DNA of 64,000 bases from Bacteriovoracaceae bacterium (GTDB lineage: Bacteria; Bdellovibrionota; Bacteriovoracia; Bacteriovoracales; Bacteriovoracaceae), in NCBI GenBank assembly GCA_018649885.1, contig JABIHA010000121.1:1-64000 (forward strand). Reading direction: 5' to 3'. Below, piece by piece: positions 39,857-49,644 of the stretch (its first letter is position 1; every line of letters starts with the position of its first letter). The notes beneath the pieces were generated by a model, which worked only from the letters and a program-made list of their open reading frames with translations, ran no database searches and was not told the DNA's origin. The translations under genes and the position numbers were made by a program.

Positions 39857-40684
39857 TTATTTTAATACGGCCGTACCAACGCTACCTGGCTCTTTGATCT
39901 CTCTCAAAATACTCTCAGGTGAATCAACGCCTACGATGTGAAATGAGTCCAAGTCCCCTCCGAGAAGCTTAAAACCCTCTTCTAGCTTGGGGATCATTCC
40001 ACCCTGGATCGTTCCATCCAGTATTTTCTCTTTAGCACTGCTCACTGAGAGAGTCGTAATTTTAGAGGACTTATCATCTAAGTCTCCAAAGACTCCGCCA
40101 ATACCAGTAACTAAGACTAACTTTTTTGCATTAACAGCGCGGGCCACTTGAACACTGATGGTATCGGCATTTATATTGAGCATCACCCCATCACTATCAC
40201 TGCAAAGTGGGCTCACTACTGGAATATAGCGATGCTCAAGCAGATGCCCAAAATATGTTGGATCAACTCCTAACACATCCCCTACGAAGCCGAAGTCAAC
40301 CACAGCTCCATCACTTCCACTAACCACTTTAGGTGGCCTTTTCACTGCTTCCACAACCGAGATGCCACTAACGGCGACACCTGGTAGTTTACGGCTTTTT
40401 AATATTGCCAGTACATTGCTATTAATAATTCCGGGAAGAGTCATCTTCATCACTTCAAGTGTCTCACTACAAGTAACTCTTCTGCCCCCAACTTTACTCG
40501 GCGTAAGATTTAACCTAGTAGAGATCTTACTTGCAAGAGGTCCCCCTCCGTGAACGAGAATGATTTCATTTCCATCATGATAGAGCTTTGAAACGGAGGC
40601 CATAAGATTGGAAAGACCGCTTTCTGATTCCGCAACTTCACCACCAAATTTAATCACAATCACTGGATTACTAGATAGTCTCAT
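39857..40684 (-). CDS. argB: Acetylglutamate kinase
   Basis: VIKFGG, VHGGGP, GRRVT, FGFVG, NINAD, GGMIPKL. Confidence 0.9.
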   Translation of the reverse strand: MRLSSNPVIVIKFGGEVAESESGLSNLMASVSKLYHDGNEIILVHGGGPLASKISTRLNLTPSKVGGRRVTCSETLEVMKMTLPGIINSNVLAILKSRKLPGVAVSGISVVEAVKRPPKVVSGSDGAVVDFGFVGDVLGVDPTYFGHLLEHRYIPVVSPLCSDSDGVMLNINADTISVQVARAVNAKKLVLVTGIGGVFGDLDDKSSKITTLSVSSAKEKILDGTIQGGMIPKLEEGFKLLGGDLDSFHIVGVDSPESILREIKEPGSVGTAVLK

Positions 40685-40693
40685 CCCTATTCC

Positions 40694-41749
40694 TTAAGGC
40701 CACGTTCCAAAATCATCAAGGCCTGCTAGCTCATCAAAGCCGTACATCAAATTCATATTTTGAATGGCCTGCCCTGTAGCGCCTTTAACAAGATTATCAA
40801 TGGCGCAAACGGCTGCAAAGCTTTTTGAACCACACTGCTCTTCTTTTAATGACCAACCAATTTCTACAAAATTTGTGCCTGCCACATTTACAGTTTCAGG
40901 CAAACCATTTGGAGAGACAAGCCTGATAAAAGGCTCATCCTTGTAGTAGTCAGTGTAAATTTTTTGAATATCAGCATCTGTAATAGATGATGGCAGATCA
41001 ACAATAGAGTTAGTCAAAATCCCGCGAGTTAGTGGTGCTGAAATAGGAATAAAATCCACACTTATATTTTCTCCACCTGCTGATCTTAAAACTTGCTCCA
41101 TCTCTGGTTGGTGTTGATGAAAAAGAGGCTTATAGCTTTTTAGGTTTCTAGATCTTATGGGGTGATGGGTTCCAGCACTAGCATGGACTCCACTTCCACT
41201 ACTCCCTGTAGGACCTATCACTCTCACCTTGCCTTTAAGAAGACCATTTTTTGCTAGTGGAAGAAGACCTAGAGAGACAGAAGTGGGAAAGCAGCCAGGG
41301 TTGGCAATATAGTTGGCCTCTTTAATCTCATTTTTAAAGAGCTCAGGAAGACCGTAGACAAATTTTTCAAGATTTTCAGGATTGGTGTGGGTTGTTTTGT
41401 AGTACTGCTCATAAACGGCCACATCTCTAATTCTATAGTCACCAGAATAATCGATGACTTTTACTCCTAGCTCCAAAAGCTCGGGTACTTTGAGATATGA
41501 GACTTTGTGCGGAATGGCCAAAAAGACTAAGTCACACCCTGCGACTAACTCTTTGGGGCTAATATCTTCCAGGATGTAGGGAAGCCGATCTCCAAAGCAT
41601 TTGTGAACTTGCCCAACATTTTTACCCACATGATCAATACTAGAAACCCTTACAAGCTCCACATGGGGGTGATTTCTAAGCCTTTTAATGAGCTCTGCTG
41701 CTGCATATCCACTGCCGCCCATTAATGCGGCCTTAATTTTTTCTGCCAT
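40694..41749 (-). CDS. argC: N-acetyl-gamma-glutamyl-phosphate reductase (ArgC/LysY family)
   Basis: GGSGY, YGLPEL, IANPGCF, IDNLVKGATGQAIQNMN. Confidence 0.9.
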   Translation of the reverse strand: MAEKIKAALMGGSGYAAAELIKRLRNHPHVELVRVSSIDHVGKNVGQVHKCFGDRLPYILEDISPKELVAGCDLVFLAIPHKVSYLKVPELLELGVKVIDYSGDYRIRDVAVYEQYYKTTHTNPENLEKFVYGLPELFKNEIKEANYIANPGCFPTSVSLGLLPLAKNGLLKGKVRVIGPTGSSGSGVHASAGTHHPIRSRNLKSYKPLFHQHQPEMEQVLRSAGGENISVDFIPISAPLTRGILTNSIVDLPSSITDADIQKIYTDYYKDEPFIRLVSPNGLPETVNVAGTNFVEIGWSLKEEQCGSKSFAAVCAIDNLVKGATGQAIQNMNLMYGFDELAGLDDFGTWP

Positions 41750-41866
41750 AAAGATCTCCTAGTTGTTAGGAATCATATACAACAAAAAAGACCATGGTAC
41801 CAGTCGTGTGGAAGGTAAGCCCCAGCAGAAACTTTATTCAATACTAGGGCCTTCAAAAATAAGCAA

Positions 41867-42385
41867 TTATTGTTTTCTGATTCTGCCCTTAATAATAAGC
41901 TCAGAAGGCCTGGCCTTGGCTGCCCAACCGTCATATTGCTCACCCCTCACAACGATCCTTTTTATACAGGCCCTGCTTCCAGGTCCTTTTACCTTAAGCT
42001 TGTACCATTTTGATCTTTCCCCTGGATCTAAAACAGAATCAGCGGCGGTAGGAGTGATCACTTCCCTGTATGTCCTTTGCCCGTCATATTTTACAACGAC
42101 AATATTATAGACTTTTAATCTCCAGTTACTCTTACCATTTGCCCATCTCATGGGTGCAGTAAATTTAATGGCATTGACCCTCTCATTATTTGAGTTGTGA
42201 CATCTTGGAAACTCCAATAAGTCGTAGTCAAAATCCTTTTTCTTATCCGCTTCAGCAAGTACATAGCGGGCCATTTTTAAGTTTCCAAAATCATCCATTT
42301 TTAATATTGGATAGGATGGCTTTTCTTTTGAAAAAGCGGCGGTTGCCACCATTAAAGTTAATGCTACTGTAAGTAATCTCATCAT
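41867..42385 (-). CDS. Secreted hypothetical protein
   Basis: RBS and signal peptide; beta-rich. Confidence 0.7.
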   Translation of the reverse strand: MMRLLTVALTLMVATAAFSKEKPSYPILKMDDFGNLKMARYVLAEADKKKDFDYDLLEFPRCHNSNNERVNAIKFTAPMRWANGKSNWRLKVYNIVVVKYDGQRTYREVITPTAADSVLDPGERSKWYKLKVKGPGSRACIKRIVVRGEQYDGWAAKARPSELIIKGRIRKQ

Positions 42386-42692
42386 TTCTCCTTTAGTTAG
42401 CTTGGAATATTATTTCCAGCCCCACTACTTGGTATCTTGTTTGCCCCACCTTGTTGAGCAACAAAATCCATGCTGAATAAAATTCCAAATTTCTTTCAAC
42501 AGTGGAGAAAGGTTTCAGCAGTGAGGAATAACTTACAGAGGTGTTCAAAAAATAGACAATCAAAGACTTAGTTTAATTGTCAAAAGCATCAAAATTTTAC
42601 CTACCCCCCCCTTTTTCACTCATCACAAAATCCATTTGTTATATAATTTAAAAGCACTAAAGCTTTAACCAATCAATTAAGGATACAAAACC

Positions 42693-43316
42693 ATGGTCGC
42701 ATTTATAGTAGGAATTATTACTGGATTTTTTATGTGTATCCCTGTTGGTCCTTTAACTGTTTTAACAGTCAATACAAAGCTTAGAAGCGGAACCCTTCCT
42801 GCTTTTTTAATCGCGCTGGGCGGATCCCTGATGGATCTAACATATTTTTTAGTGATTATGGCGGGTCTTTCTTTTATCGACTTTGATCCCAAAGTGGTCA
42901 GTATTTTAAAAAGTGGTGGAATCGTTCTGATTCTTGTTTTAGGTATTAAAGAGTTGTTCGCAAAACCCAATATGAAAGAGCCCGAAAGCAAAAAGATATC
43001 AGGGGCCAATTACGGCGGGTTTCTGCTACTAGGAATAGTCATCTATGTTTCAAACCCTACACTCATTGTAACAATGTCTGGGCTTGGCGCCTTTCTTAAA
43101 AGTCTGGCACTCTTTGATGATATTTTTATCAACAATGTTTTCCTTTCTGTTGGTGTCGCCATTGGCTCCGCCAGCTGGTTTTTATTTGTCATCACACTAG
43201 TGGGCAAATACGAAGAGGTGATCAAACAAAGATTTCTTCCCATTTTTAATAAGGCCTGCGGGGCAATGATGGTTTCATTTTCAATCTATATGGGGATTAA
43301 GCTGACAATGGTGTGA
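42693..43316 (+). CDS. LysE-family translocator
   Basis: CIPVGP, SNPT, 6 TM segments. Confidence 0.88.
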   Translation: MVAFIVGIITGFFMCIPVGPLTVLTVNTKLRSGTLPAFLIALGGSLMDLTYFLVIMAGLSFIDFDPKVVSILKSGGIVLILVLGIKELFAKPNMKEPESKKISGANYGGFLLLGIVIYVSNPTLIVTMSGLGAFLKSLALFDDIFINNVFLSVGVAIGSASWFLFVITLVGKYEEVIKQRFLPIFNKACGAMMVSFSIYMGIKLTMV

Positions 43317-43424
43317 TTATGACACCACTGCAGAAATATAAGTTGTAAAAATTTCGAACATGCGCACTGAATCACAAGCAAATGATAAGCTCCCCCTCAT
43401 CTTGGGAAGTCATACGGAGGCAAA

Positions 43425-44252
43425 ATGAAAACCATACTATCACTGCTTTTAGCAGTTTCTTTTATTTCAACAAGCTACGCCAGTAGCAAAAGCTGTACAA
43501 GGGCATTTGAAGATGCTGCTTTTGATCGGGAGACCGGTGCAAGAGTTGCCGTCGTTGCGGGAGCCATAGCTGTCGCTATAGCTGCAACTGTGGCCGTGGC
43601 CGTTGCTGTAAGTGACGATGATGATGATAATAGAAGTAGCTCACACGTAGATGTTTATACCCCTCCAGTACACGTACAACCAAATCATGGTCACCATACG
43701 ACCCATCACGTAGAGCACCACTATGTTGAAACTCATACCTATCACAATTACTATTATAGTGATGATTACTACTCTCATGAATACTACTCTCACAGACACT
43801 ATCACAGACACTATCACCAAAGTTACGGAGTTTACTATGTGGATTCACGAGACAGTGATGACAGATGGTTTGGAAATAATGCTTTTGATAAAGTTCTTAA
43901 GGCCTACAATGATGCCAAAGTATGGAAAAACTCAGATGCTGATTTTCCATCAACAGCTTACTTAAATGAACTCAATAAAAAAGTTGCCAGAAGAGTAAAA
44001 GGACTTGCAAGGAGACAAGGTCTCACTCAAATAGTTCCAGGTATTATGAGAAATGCTGAGTTAAAGAAAAAAGACCGTAGGGTTGTGAGAAATGCACTTA
44101 TCAAAGGAATGGAAGACACTAAGGCAACAGGTTATTGCAGTCGTGGTAGGTACCAGAATAAGGCCTTAAAAAGAGTTCAAGTTATTAAAAGACTCGCTCA
44201 GGCCGTATTAACTAAAAGGCAGACACATACTATGACACTTCAGCCGGAATAG
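43425..44252 (+). CDS. Secreted protein with an Ala/Val hydrophobic segment and a His/Tyr-rich region
   Basis: GGAGG RBS, signal peptide, downstream terminator. Confidence 0.75.
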   Translation: MKTILSLLLAVSFISTSYASSKSCTRAFEDAAFDRETGARVAVVAGAIAVAIAATVAVAVAVSDDDDDNRSSSHVDVYTPPVHVQPNHGHHTTHHVEHHYVETHTYHNYYYSDDYYSHEYYSHRHYHRHYHQSYGVYYVDSRDSDDRWFGNNAFDKVLKAYNDAKVWKNSDADFPSTAYLNELNKKVARRVKGLARRQGLTQIVPGIMRNAELKKKDRRVVRNALIKGMEDTKATGYCSRGRYQNKALKRVQVIKRLAQAVLTKRQTHTMTLQPE

Positions 44253-44287
44253 TTGGCCTTGATAGTACAACTTAAGAATTAATTTAT

Positions 44288-44317
44288 AGGGACTATAGAG
44301 CTATAGTCCCTTTTTTT
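44288..44317 (+). terminator. Intrinsic terminator
   Basis: gggactatag/ctatagtccc hairpin plus T7. Confidence 0.85.
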
Positions 44318-44410
44318 CACAAAATATGAAACACAAAGATTACACTCCCCACGCAATTTTCTAAGTTCTTACCTATAATCCACTTTCGGGATCCAGTAGG
44401 AGAGAGTTAA

Positions 44411-45493
44411 ATGATAATAAGATTGCTACTAGTATACACAGTGAGTGCATTCATTGTAGCTTTCGCACAAGTTAATCCCATTCATCATGGGCTTAAGAAA
44501 ATCCTGGTCGATTACCAACTGCCAGGAATAGGTGTTGCAACCATAACCCCTCAAAATCCACTGCAGATTGAAGTGGCAGGCCTTAGAAGAGCAGATCATC
44601 CAGCCACTATTAAATCAAATGATCTTTTTAATTTGGCCTCTTGTACCAAATCCATGACAGCAACCCTCGCTGCAATAATAGTAGAAAGTGGGCTGATAAG
44701 TTGGAAAACAACACTTGGAGAACTCTACCCCCTTTCGCATCCAAATTTAAGAAACGTTACACTTGAGATGATCTTGGCCCACCGAGGAGGAATTCTTCGC
44801 TCACCTACTTCCATTAAAAAGGGAAAATTTTGGAAAAAAATTAAAAATAAGAGATTAACGACAAAGGCCTCTAGAGACTTGCTTGTTAAAAAAATTCTGA
44901 AGTCAAAACCAAGCCTGACTCCAGGCTCCACTTTTAGCTACAGTAATATTGGATACGCAGTAGTTGCCCACATGCTAGAAACAGTCACAGAAAGTAGCTA
45001 TGAAAATTTAATGAGAGAAAAGATTTTCTCTCCTCTTGGCATGAATAAGTGCATATTTGGTCAACCCGCACATAAGGAAAACAGTAAAAACCCTCTACAG
45101 CCTTGGGGTCATAGACATAAAAAAGGGATAAGCGTTGTAAGCGAAAATCCCAATAGTGCAGGAAAAGGCCCTAAGCCGTTAAACTCTGCTGGAGGAGTCA
45201 GCTGCAGCCTTAAAGATTGGGCCAAATATGCACAAGTCCATCAAGAAAAAAATAGGCTACTACAAAAGAGATCCTTCAAAAAACTCCATTCAAACTATCC
45301 AGGACAAAATTATACATACGGCGGATGGTATAAAACTCAGAACACACTTAGGCATACAGGGGCCCAAAAATCTAATTATTCTGCTGTCTCCATTAATTTA
45401 AAAAAACATTCTATAAAGCTATTTGTAACTAACTGGCGAGGAAAGAACGCCAAACAAATCGTCAAAGAAATCTATGATCTCCTCGACTTGTAA
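44411..45493 (+). CDS. Secreted serine hydrolase (class C beta-lactamase/AmpH-like)
   Basis: SCTK, YSN, HTG motifs. Confidence 0.88.
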   Translation: MIIRLLLVYTVSAFIVAFAQVNPIHHGLKKILVDYQLPGIGVATITPQNPLQIEVAGLRRADHPATIKSNDLFNLASCTKSMTATLAAIIVESGLISWKTTLGELYPLSHPNLRNVTLEMILAHRGGILRSPTSIKKGKFWKKIKNKRLTTKASRDLLVKKILKSKPSLTPGSTFSYSNIGYAVVAHMLETVTESSYENLMREKIFSPLGMNKCIFGQPAHKENSKNPLQPWGHRHKKGISVVSENPNSAGKGPKPLNSAGGVSCSLKDWAKYAQVHQEKNRLLQKRSFKKLHSNYPGQNYTYGGWYKTQNTLRHTGAQKSNYSAVSINLKKHSIKLFVTNWRGKNAKQIVKEIYDLLDL

Positions 45494-45716
45494 ACCTATG
45501 CTTTGAAACTATTGGGGATTATTGTTTTGGTAGCACTTTTTCACATAGTACTTATACTGCTCTTTTACATCTTTAAAACCCTGTGTCTCTGTGGCCTCCC
45601 AAGAGGTGGCAAAATAAATTGGTTTTGAAGTGTTTTTGATGGCGTCAAAATGAATTTGTCAGTTATGTGATATTAGTGGGCCAAAACAGAGTCAATCCCT
45701 GCTGGCCCGTGAAAAA

Positions 45717-46121
45717 TTATCGCGATGTGTACTTAACCATTCCTTTTGATGTGAATAATTTAAGTGTGTAGACTTTTCCTTCAGGAGTTGGCTGGCTACC
45801 AAAAATATAGTGTGTGTCTTTGCCTACTTTTGCGTAATATTCTTTTAAATCACCATTGCCTACACTCTTGAAAATAAAACCTTTTTGCAAACCAATATGA
45901 GGAGCTCTTCCAAATGGGCAAAGAGAAAAATCTTCGTTTTCCTGAATCGTAACTTTAAGCTCCGTGCCTTGAGAATCATTTAAATTTACTTGTAAGTAAG
46001 TCTCACAGCTAACCGGTGTAGCTGAACTGTATAAATCTATTGACTCTCCAAAGGCCCAACTTTTAGCTGACACCATTAAAAGTGCTGCTGAAAGGACCAT
46101 GGTAAAAACTGATATCTTCAT
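45717..46121 (-). CDS. Secreted hypothetical protein
   Basis: Signal peptide MKISVFTMVLSAALLMVSAKSWA. Confidence 0.65.
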   Translation of the reverse strand: MKISVFTMVLSAALLMVSAKSWAFGESIDLYSSATPVSCETYLQVNLNDSQGTELKVTIQENEDFSLCPFGRAPHIGLQKGFIFKSVGNGDLKEYYAKVGKDTHYIFGSQPTPEGKVYTLKLFTSKGMVKYTSR

Positions 46122-46294
46122 AATCTTACCCCTTGTGTTGATTACACCATGGCCTTGTTCTACCACTCGCGCCCTGAAAATCAAGTTTTGAACTCCAACA
46201 TTTTCTTACTGAAAACTCATATATTTTCTACTCATATGCAGTGCTACTGGGAGCAAAATGCACCACGCTTTTTACTGATAAACATCAAGGATAT

Positions 46295-47299
46295 TTAGAG
46301 GATTTTTTTTAGAATTTTAACAGTGGCCTTGGCATAGGGTATTGCCCTAGCAAAAAGTCTTGGATTATCATATCTTGTGTAAAACCACTGTACTGCCATA
46401 AGCCTACGAGCGTGACCCAAATCGGTGATGGCATTAATATCTTTTTGGCCCAAGCTAGAGCATGAGTCATAGCTATTAAGAAATATTTCATTAAGTGCCT
46501 GATAGCTTTTCTTTGTGATACTTTTGTTATCTACGAAATGAGATAGCGACATACTTGTTACGGCCAAATCGTACATGTGAAAGCCGTATCCACAGTCGTC
46601 AAAATCAATGGGACAAATCTGTCCTTGGTTTTGAAATAGATTTCCAAAATGGAGATCTGCATGAATCATCGATAATTTGTGGGGATTTTTTTTCTGATAG
46701 TTATTTAGTTTATGGTAAATTAATTTTTGGCCCCTAGTGATGATTTCTTGCTCCCTTGTACTCAAACCATCAAGACCTTTAAGAGGGCCCATAAAAGGAT
46801 TTTTCCCAACAAGTCCCTCGGCATCCCAGTAGTGCCTTTTCTTTACAGAAAATTTAGAAGCATCTTTATGAAGATCAGCAAGTAATTCAGCTATTAGTTT
46901 GAGGTGCCTTCCTCCAACCGAGCGAGAAATTCTTCTACCTTCTACCCATTTGAGTAATGTCATATTTCGAAGTTCACCAGAAATTGGAAGCTTTCTTGAT
47001 ACAACAAGTTCAGAAGATTTACTTTTTAGAGGGATAGGAGAAGTGATAGATGTTTTCTGACTAAGCCGAGTTAGCCATTTAAGTTCCTCACCAATGGCCT
47101 GTTTGCTGTGGTATCCATTTCGGTGAATTCTTAAGAGGTATTTTTGTTTTTTTGAATCAACAATCTTATAGGTTGTATTTTCACCGTGTTGAATAAAATT
47201 AACTGATTCAACCTTAATGGGATAGGCCGTGAGGCAGGAATTTGCAAGCTCCCTCAGGTGCCGTAATTGAGAAAGATAGCCCAGTTTTCCAAAATTCAA
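46295..47299 (-). CDS. APH / type II homoserine kinase-like phosphotransferase
   Basis: ENTTY, LLRIHR, IHADLHFGN, IDFDD, YDLA. Confidence 0.88.
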   Translation of the reverse strand: MNFGKLGYLSQLRHLRELANSCLTAYPIKVESVNFIQHGENTTYKIVDSKKQKYLLRIHRNGYHSKQAIGEELKWLTRLSQKTSITSPIPLKSKSSELVVSRKLPISGELRNMTLLKWVEGRRISRSVGGRHLKLIAELLADLHKDASKFSVKKRHYWDAEGLVGKNPFMGPLKGLDGLSTREQEIITRGQKLIYHKLNNYQKKNPHKLSMIHADLHFGNLFQNQGQICPIDFDDCGYGFHMYDLAVTSMSLSHFVDNKSITKKSYQALNEIFLNSYDSCSSLGQKDINAITDLGHARRLMAVQWFYTRYDNPRLFARAIPYAKATVKILKKIL

Positions 47300-47356
47300 G
47301 TTTTACATCTCCAAAATTAATCCACAATTGTGAAATCTTACTATATAATTTTATGT

Positions 47357-47854
47357 ATGTATTTTAAAGCTAGGTGGGGGAATGCCCTCAAGGCCATTTC
47401 AATTTTTTGCACCCTGGTATTATTATCAGTTCCCATAATTGTCTATGTCGCTCAGTCTGCTCAAATAAATGCTACCACTACTGCTGTATCATTACTCAGC
47501 ATTAGTGCACTTATCGGCTGCATCCCTTTTTCTGTCAGGGGTTATAGAGTCGAAACAAATGAGTTGGTCATTTTGCGAACATTTCATAGAGATTTTATTC
47601 CAATTGGTGAAATCACTTCCATTGAAAAAATAGAGCGGTTGCCAAAGTTTACACTTAGAGTTTTTGGAAATGGAGGTCTCTTTTCTTTTTCTGGAAATTA
47701 CTGGTCAAAAGGTATTGGTCACTTTAAGGCCTATGTTACAAACTTTGATAACCTTGTGATGGTTACTGCTGCTCAGAAAAAGATGTTAATCTCTCCCGAC
47801 CAACCTGATGAGTTGATCGCCCAGGTTCAAAAAGAGATGCCCAGCAATTGTTAA
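47357..47854 (+). CDS. Membrane-anchored bacterial PH-domain protein
   Basis: 2 TM segments; LRVFGNGGLFSFSG..W...G.F.AY; ISPD.P. Confidence 0.8.
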   Translation: MYFKARWGNALKAISIFCTLVLLSVPIIVYVAQSAQINATTTAVSLLSISALIGCIPFSVRGYRVETNELVILRTFHRDFIPIGEITSIEKIERLPKFTLRVFGNGGLFSFSGNYWSKGIGHFKAYVTNFDNLVMVTAAQKKMLISPDQPDELIAQVQKEMPSNC

Positions 47855-48684
47855 GGCCTATTTTTTTGCTCAGAGACCAATTGGTCCAATTTGGATTGCA
47901 TGGTATTCAGGACTCTTTCATGACACAGACTTACGTACTGCTCATCTTTAGCGGCTTCTTTACCTGTTCTTTCAAAAATAATGGGGTTAAGCACTTCGAT
48001 CGTAATCTTTGTCGGCATAGGAAAGTGAGGAGGAGGAGGCCCAAAGGTTAAACCCCAGGGGAGACTCAAAGTGATAGGCCACACCTTTATTCTTAAATAT
48101 TTATCTAGCTTAAAAAACTTAGCAATAGATTTGCCATCGTTTAAAACTAAAAATGTGGTGTGGGCCCCAGCACTGACTACAGGAATAATGGGTACACCGT
48201 GGTTTAAAGCTAGACGAATATAGCCCATTCGACCGCCAAAGATCACCCGGTTTCTCTCTTTGTATGACCTCATGGCATCCATGTCTCCACCAGGGTAGAC
48301 GATCACATTTTTTCCATTTTCAAATAGTATCTTGGCATTTTCGTGGCTGGCCCTAATGGCGCCAAGTGGAACGGCCAAATGGTGAAGAATGGGAATGGAG
48401 ATGGCAGTAGTATGGGCCAAACCATAGGGAAGCTTTTCTAGCCCAAATTTATCAATAACCGCTGCGCCAAAAATAAAAGAATCTGGAGTCAGCATTCCTG
48501 AATTATGATTACCTACAAATAAAGATGAGTCTTTAGGAATATTGTCTAACCCCCTAACCTCTGGTTTGAAAAACTTATCCATGAAAGGTCTTATTTTAAT
48601 TAATAATTTGTGGATAAACTCAGGGTCTCTATTTTCAATGGAATCAATGTCGTATTTTAATTTTACTAAGTTTTTTATTTTCAA
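47851..48684 (-). CDS. Lysophospholipid/DGAT2-like acyltransferase
   Basis: VGNHNSG...D, YPGG, GYIRLAL..GVPIIPV. Confidence 0.88.
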   Translation of the reverse strand: MKIKNLVKLKYDIDSIENRDPEFIHKLLIKIRPFMDKFFKPEVRGLDNIPKDSSLFVGNHNSGMLTPDSFIFGAAVIDKFGLEKLPYGLAHTTAISIPILHHLAVPLGAIRASHENAKILFENGKNVIVYPGGDMDAMRSYKERNRVIFGGRMGYIRLALNHGVPIIPVVSAGAHTTFLVLNDGKSIAKFFKLDKYLRIKVWPITLSLPWGLTFGPPPPHFPMPTKITIEVLNPIIFERTGKEAAKDEQYVSLCHERVLNTMQSKLDQLVSEQKNRP

Positions 48685-48688
48685 CTAT

Positions 48689-48985
48689 CTACTCACAGGT
48701 TCCAATCATAATAACACTTCCAAATTTTCCCCTGGCAAAAAATCCTTTTCGCCTGTGAACCTGTTGGTATTTTGGTTTTTTACAATACTGAGAAACAATT
48801 CGGTGGCAATCTCTCTCATTCATCCGCCCCAATGGCTGATAACCGCCACGCCCGTTTCCTGCTCTCACACTACACTCTTTTGTTTCCTTACCATTTTGAT
48901 CAAATGTTGGTTTTATAGGCTCCTTCTTTTTACTACAACTAATGGGTAGCAGGCAAAAGACCAAAAAAGGAATAAGAGATTTCAT
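48689..48985 (-). CDS. Small basic Cys-containing lipoprotein
   Basis: Lipobox-like PISC; 4 further Cys. Confidence 0.55.
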   Translation of the reverse strand: MKSLIPFLVFCLLPISCSKKKEPIKPTFDQNGKETKECSVRAGNGRGGYQPLGRMNERDCHRIVSQYCKKPKYQQVHRRKGFFARGKFGSVIMIGTCE

Positions 48986-49066
48986 ATACATACTGATATC
49001 ATAACTTAATTTAGTCATTTAGCACCTGTTAAACACACCCATCCTGACTAATTTGCTCTTGTTATT

Positions 49067-49094
49067 TAAAAATTAACTTCATCTTTGCCGAAAG
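49067..49094 (+). promoter_or_regulatory. Possible sigma28 (FliA) promoter TAAA-N16-GCCGAAAG
   Basis: Near-consensus; upstream of the CBS gene. Confidence 0.35.
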
Positions 49095-49123
49095 GTATCC
49101 ATGAGAAAAATAGGGACTAGGTT

Positions 49124-49525
49124 ATGGCACTAAAGGTTAAAGACATAGTGGATTTCAACAACCAAAAAGAGGTTCAGTTTGTTGAATCCAGTGATTCGAT
49201 TCATAGTGTTGCCAAAAAAATGCTGGAGCTCCACATGGGTTTTTTTCTCGTAAAATCTGGTGGTGAATTCATCGGACTGATCTCAGAGCGAGACTTAATC
49301 TACAAGGTTTTGGCCACAGCCACTCCTCCAGAAAAACTCGTTATTTCAGATATTATGACCACAGAAATAGTTTGGGCCAATTCAGCAGATGATTTAAAAT
49401 CAGCATTATCTAAACTTAAGGGAGGCAATTTTCGGCATTTGCCCATAAAGAATGAAAAAAATGAGCCCATAGCAGTCATCTCAGAAAGAGATATTACAAG
49501 CTTTCTCTTAAATCGAATTTCTTAA
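49124..49525 (+). CDS. Stand-alone CBS-pair protein
   Basis: GLISERD, DIMT, FRHLPI, VISERD. Confidence 0.9.
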   Translation: MALKVKDIVDFNNQKEVQFVESSDSIHSVAKKMLELHMGFFLVKSGGEFIGLISERDLIYKVLATATPPEKLVISDIMTTEIVWANSADDLKSALSKLKGGNFRHLPIKNEKNEPIAVISERDITSFLLNRIS

Positions 49526-49644
49526 ATCCTAATAAGACTCAGTTTGTCACAATAAGAGATCCAAAATAGAAGGCATTGGCCAATTTTGAGTGGCTAAGAT
49601 GTTAGTTTCATTATATTCTCCATAAAAGAGCGCTAGGAACTTCT

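Noticed and set aside
42462..42478. sigma54-like site upstream of 42385
   Set aside because: AG-N10-GT instead of the invariant GG-N10-GC.
44411..45493. Bona fide beta-lactam resistance gene
   Set aside because: The motifs place it only in the broad serine hydrolase family; the substrate cannot be inferred.
45497..45658. Open minus-strand frame of about 54 codons
   Set aside because: No start codon or RBS and no recognisable homology; at most a remnant.
49545..49572. Third TGTCACAA ECF site upstream of the MetRS homologue
   Set aside because: No CGTAA at the correct spacing.
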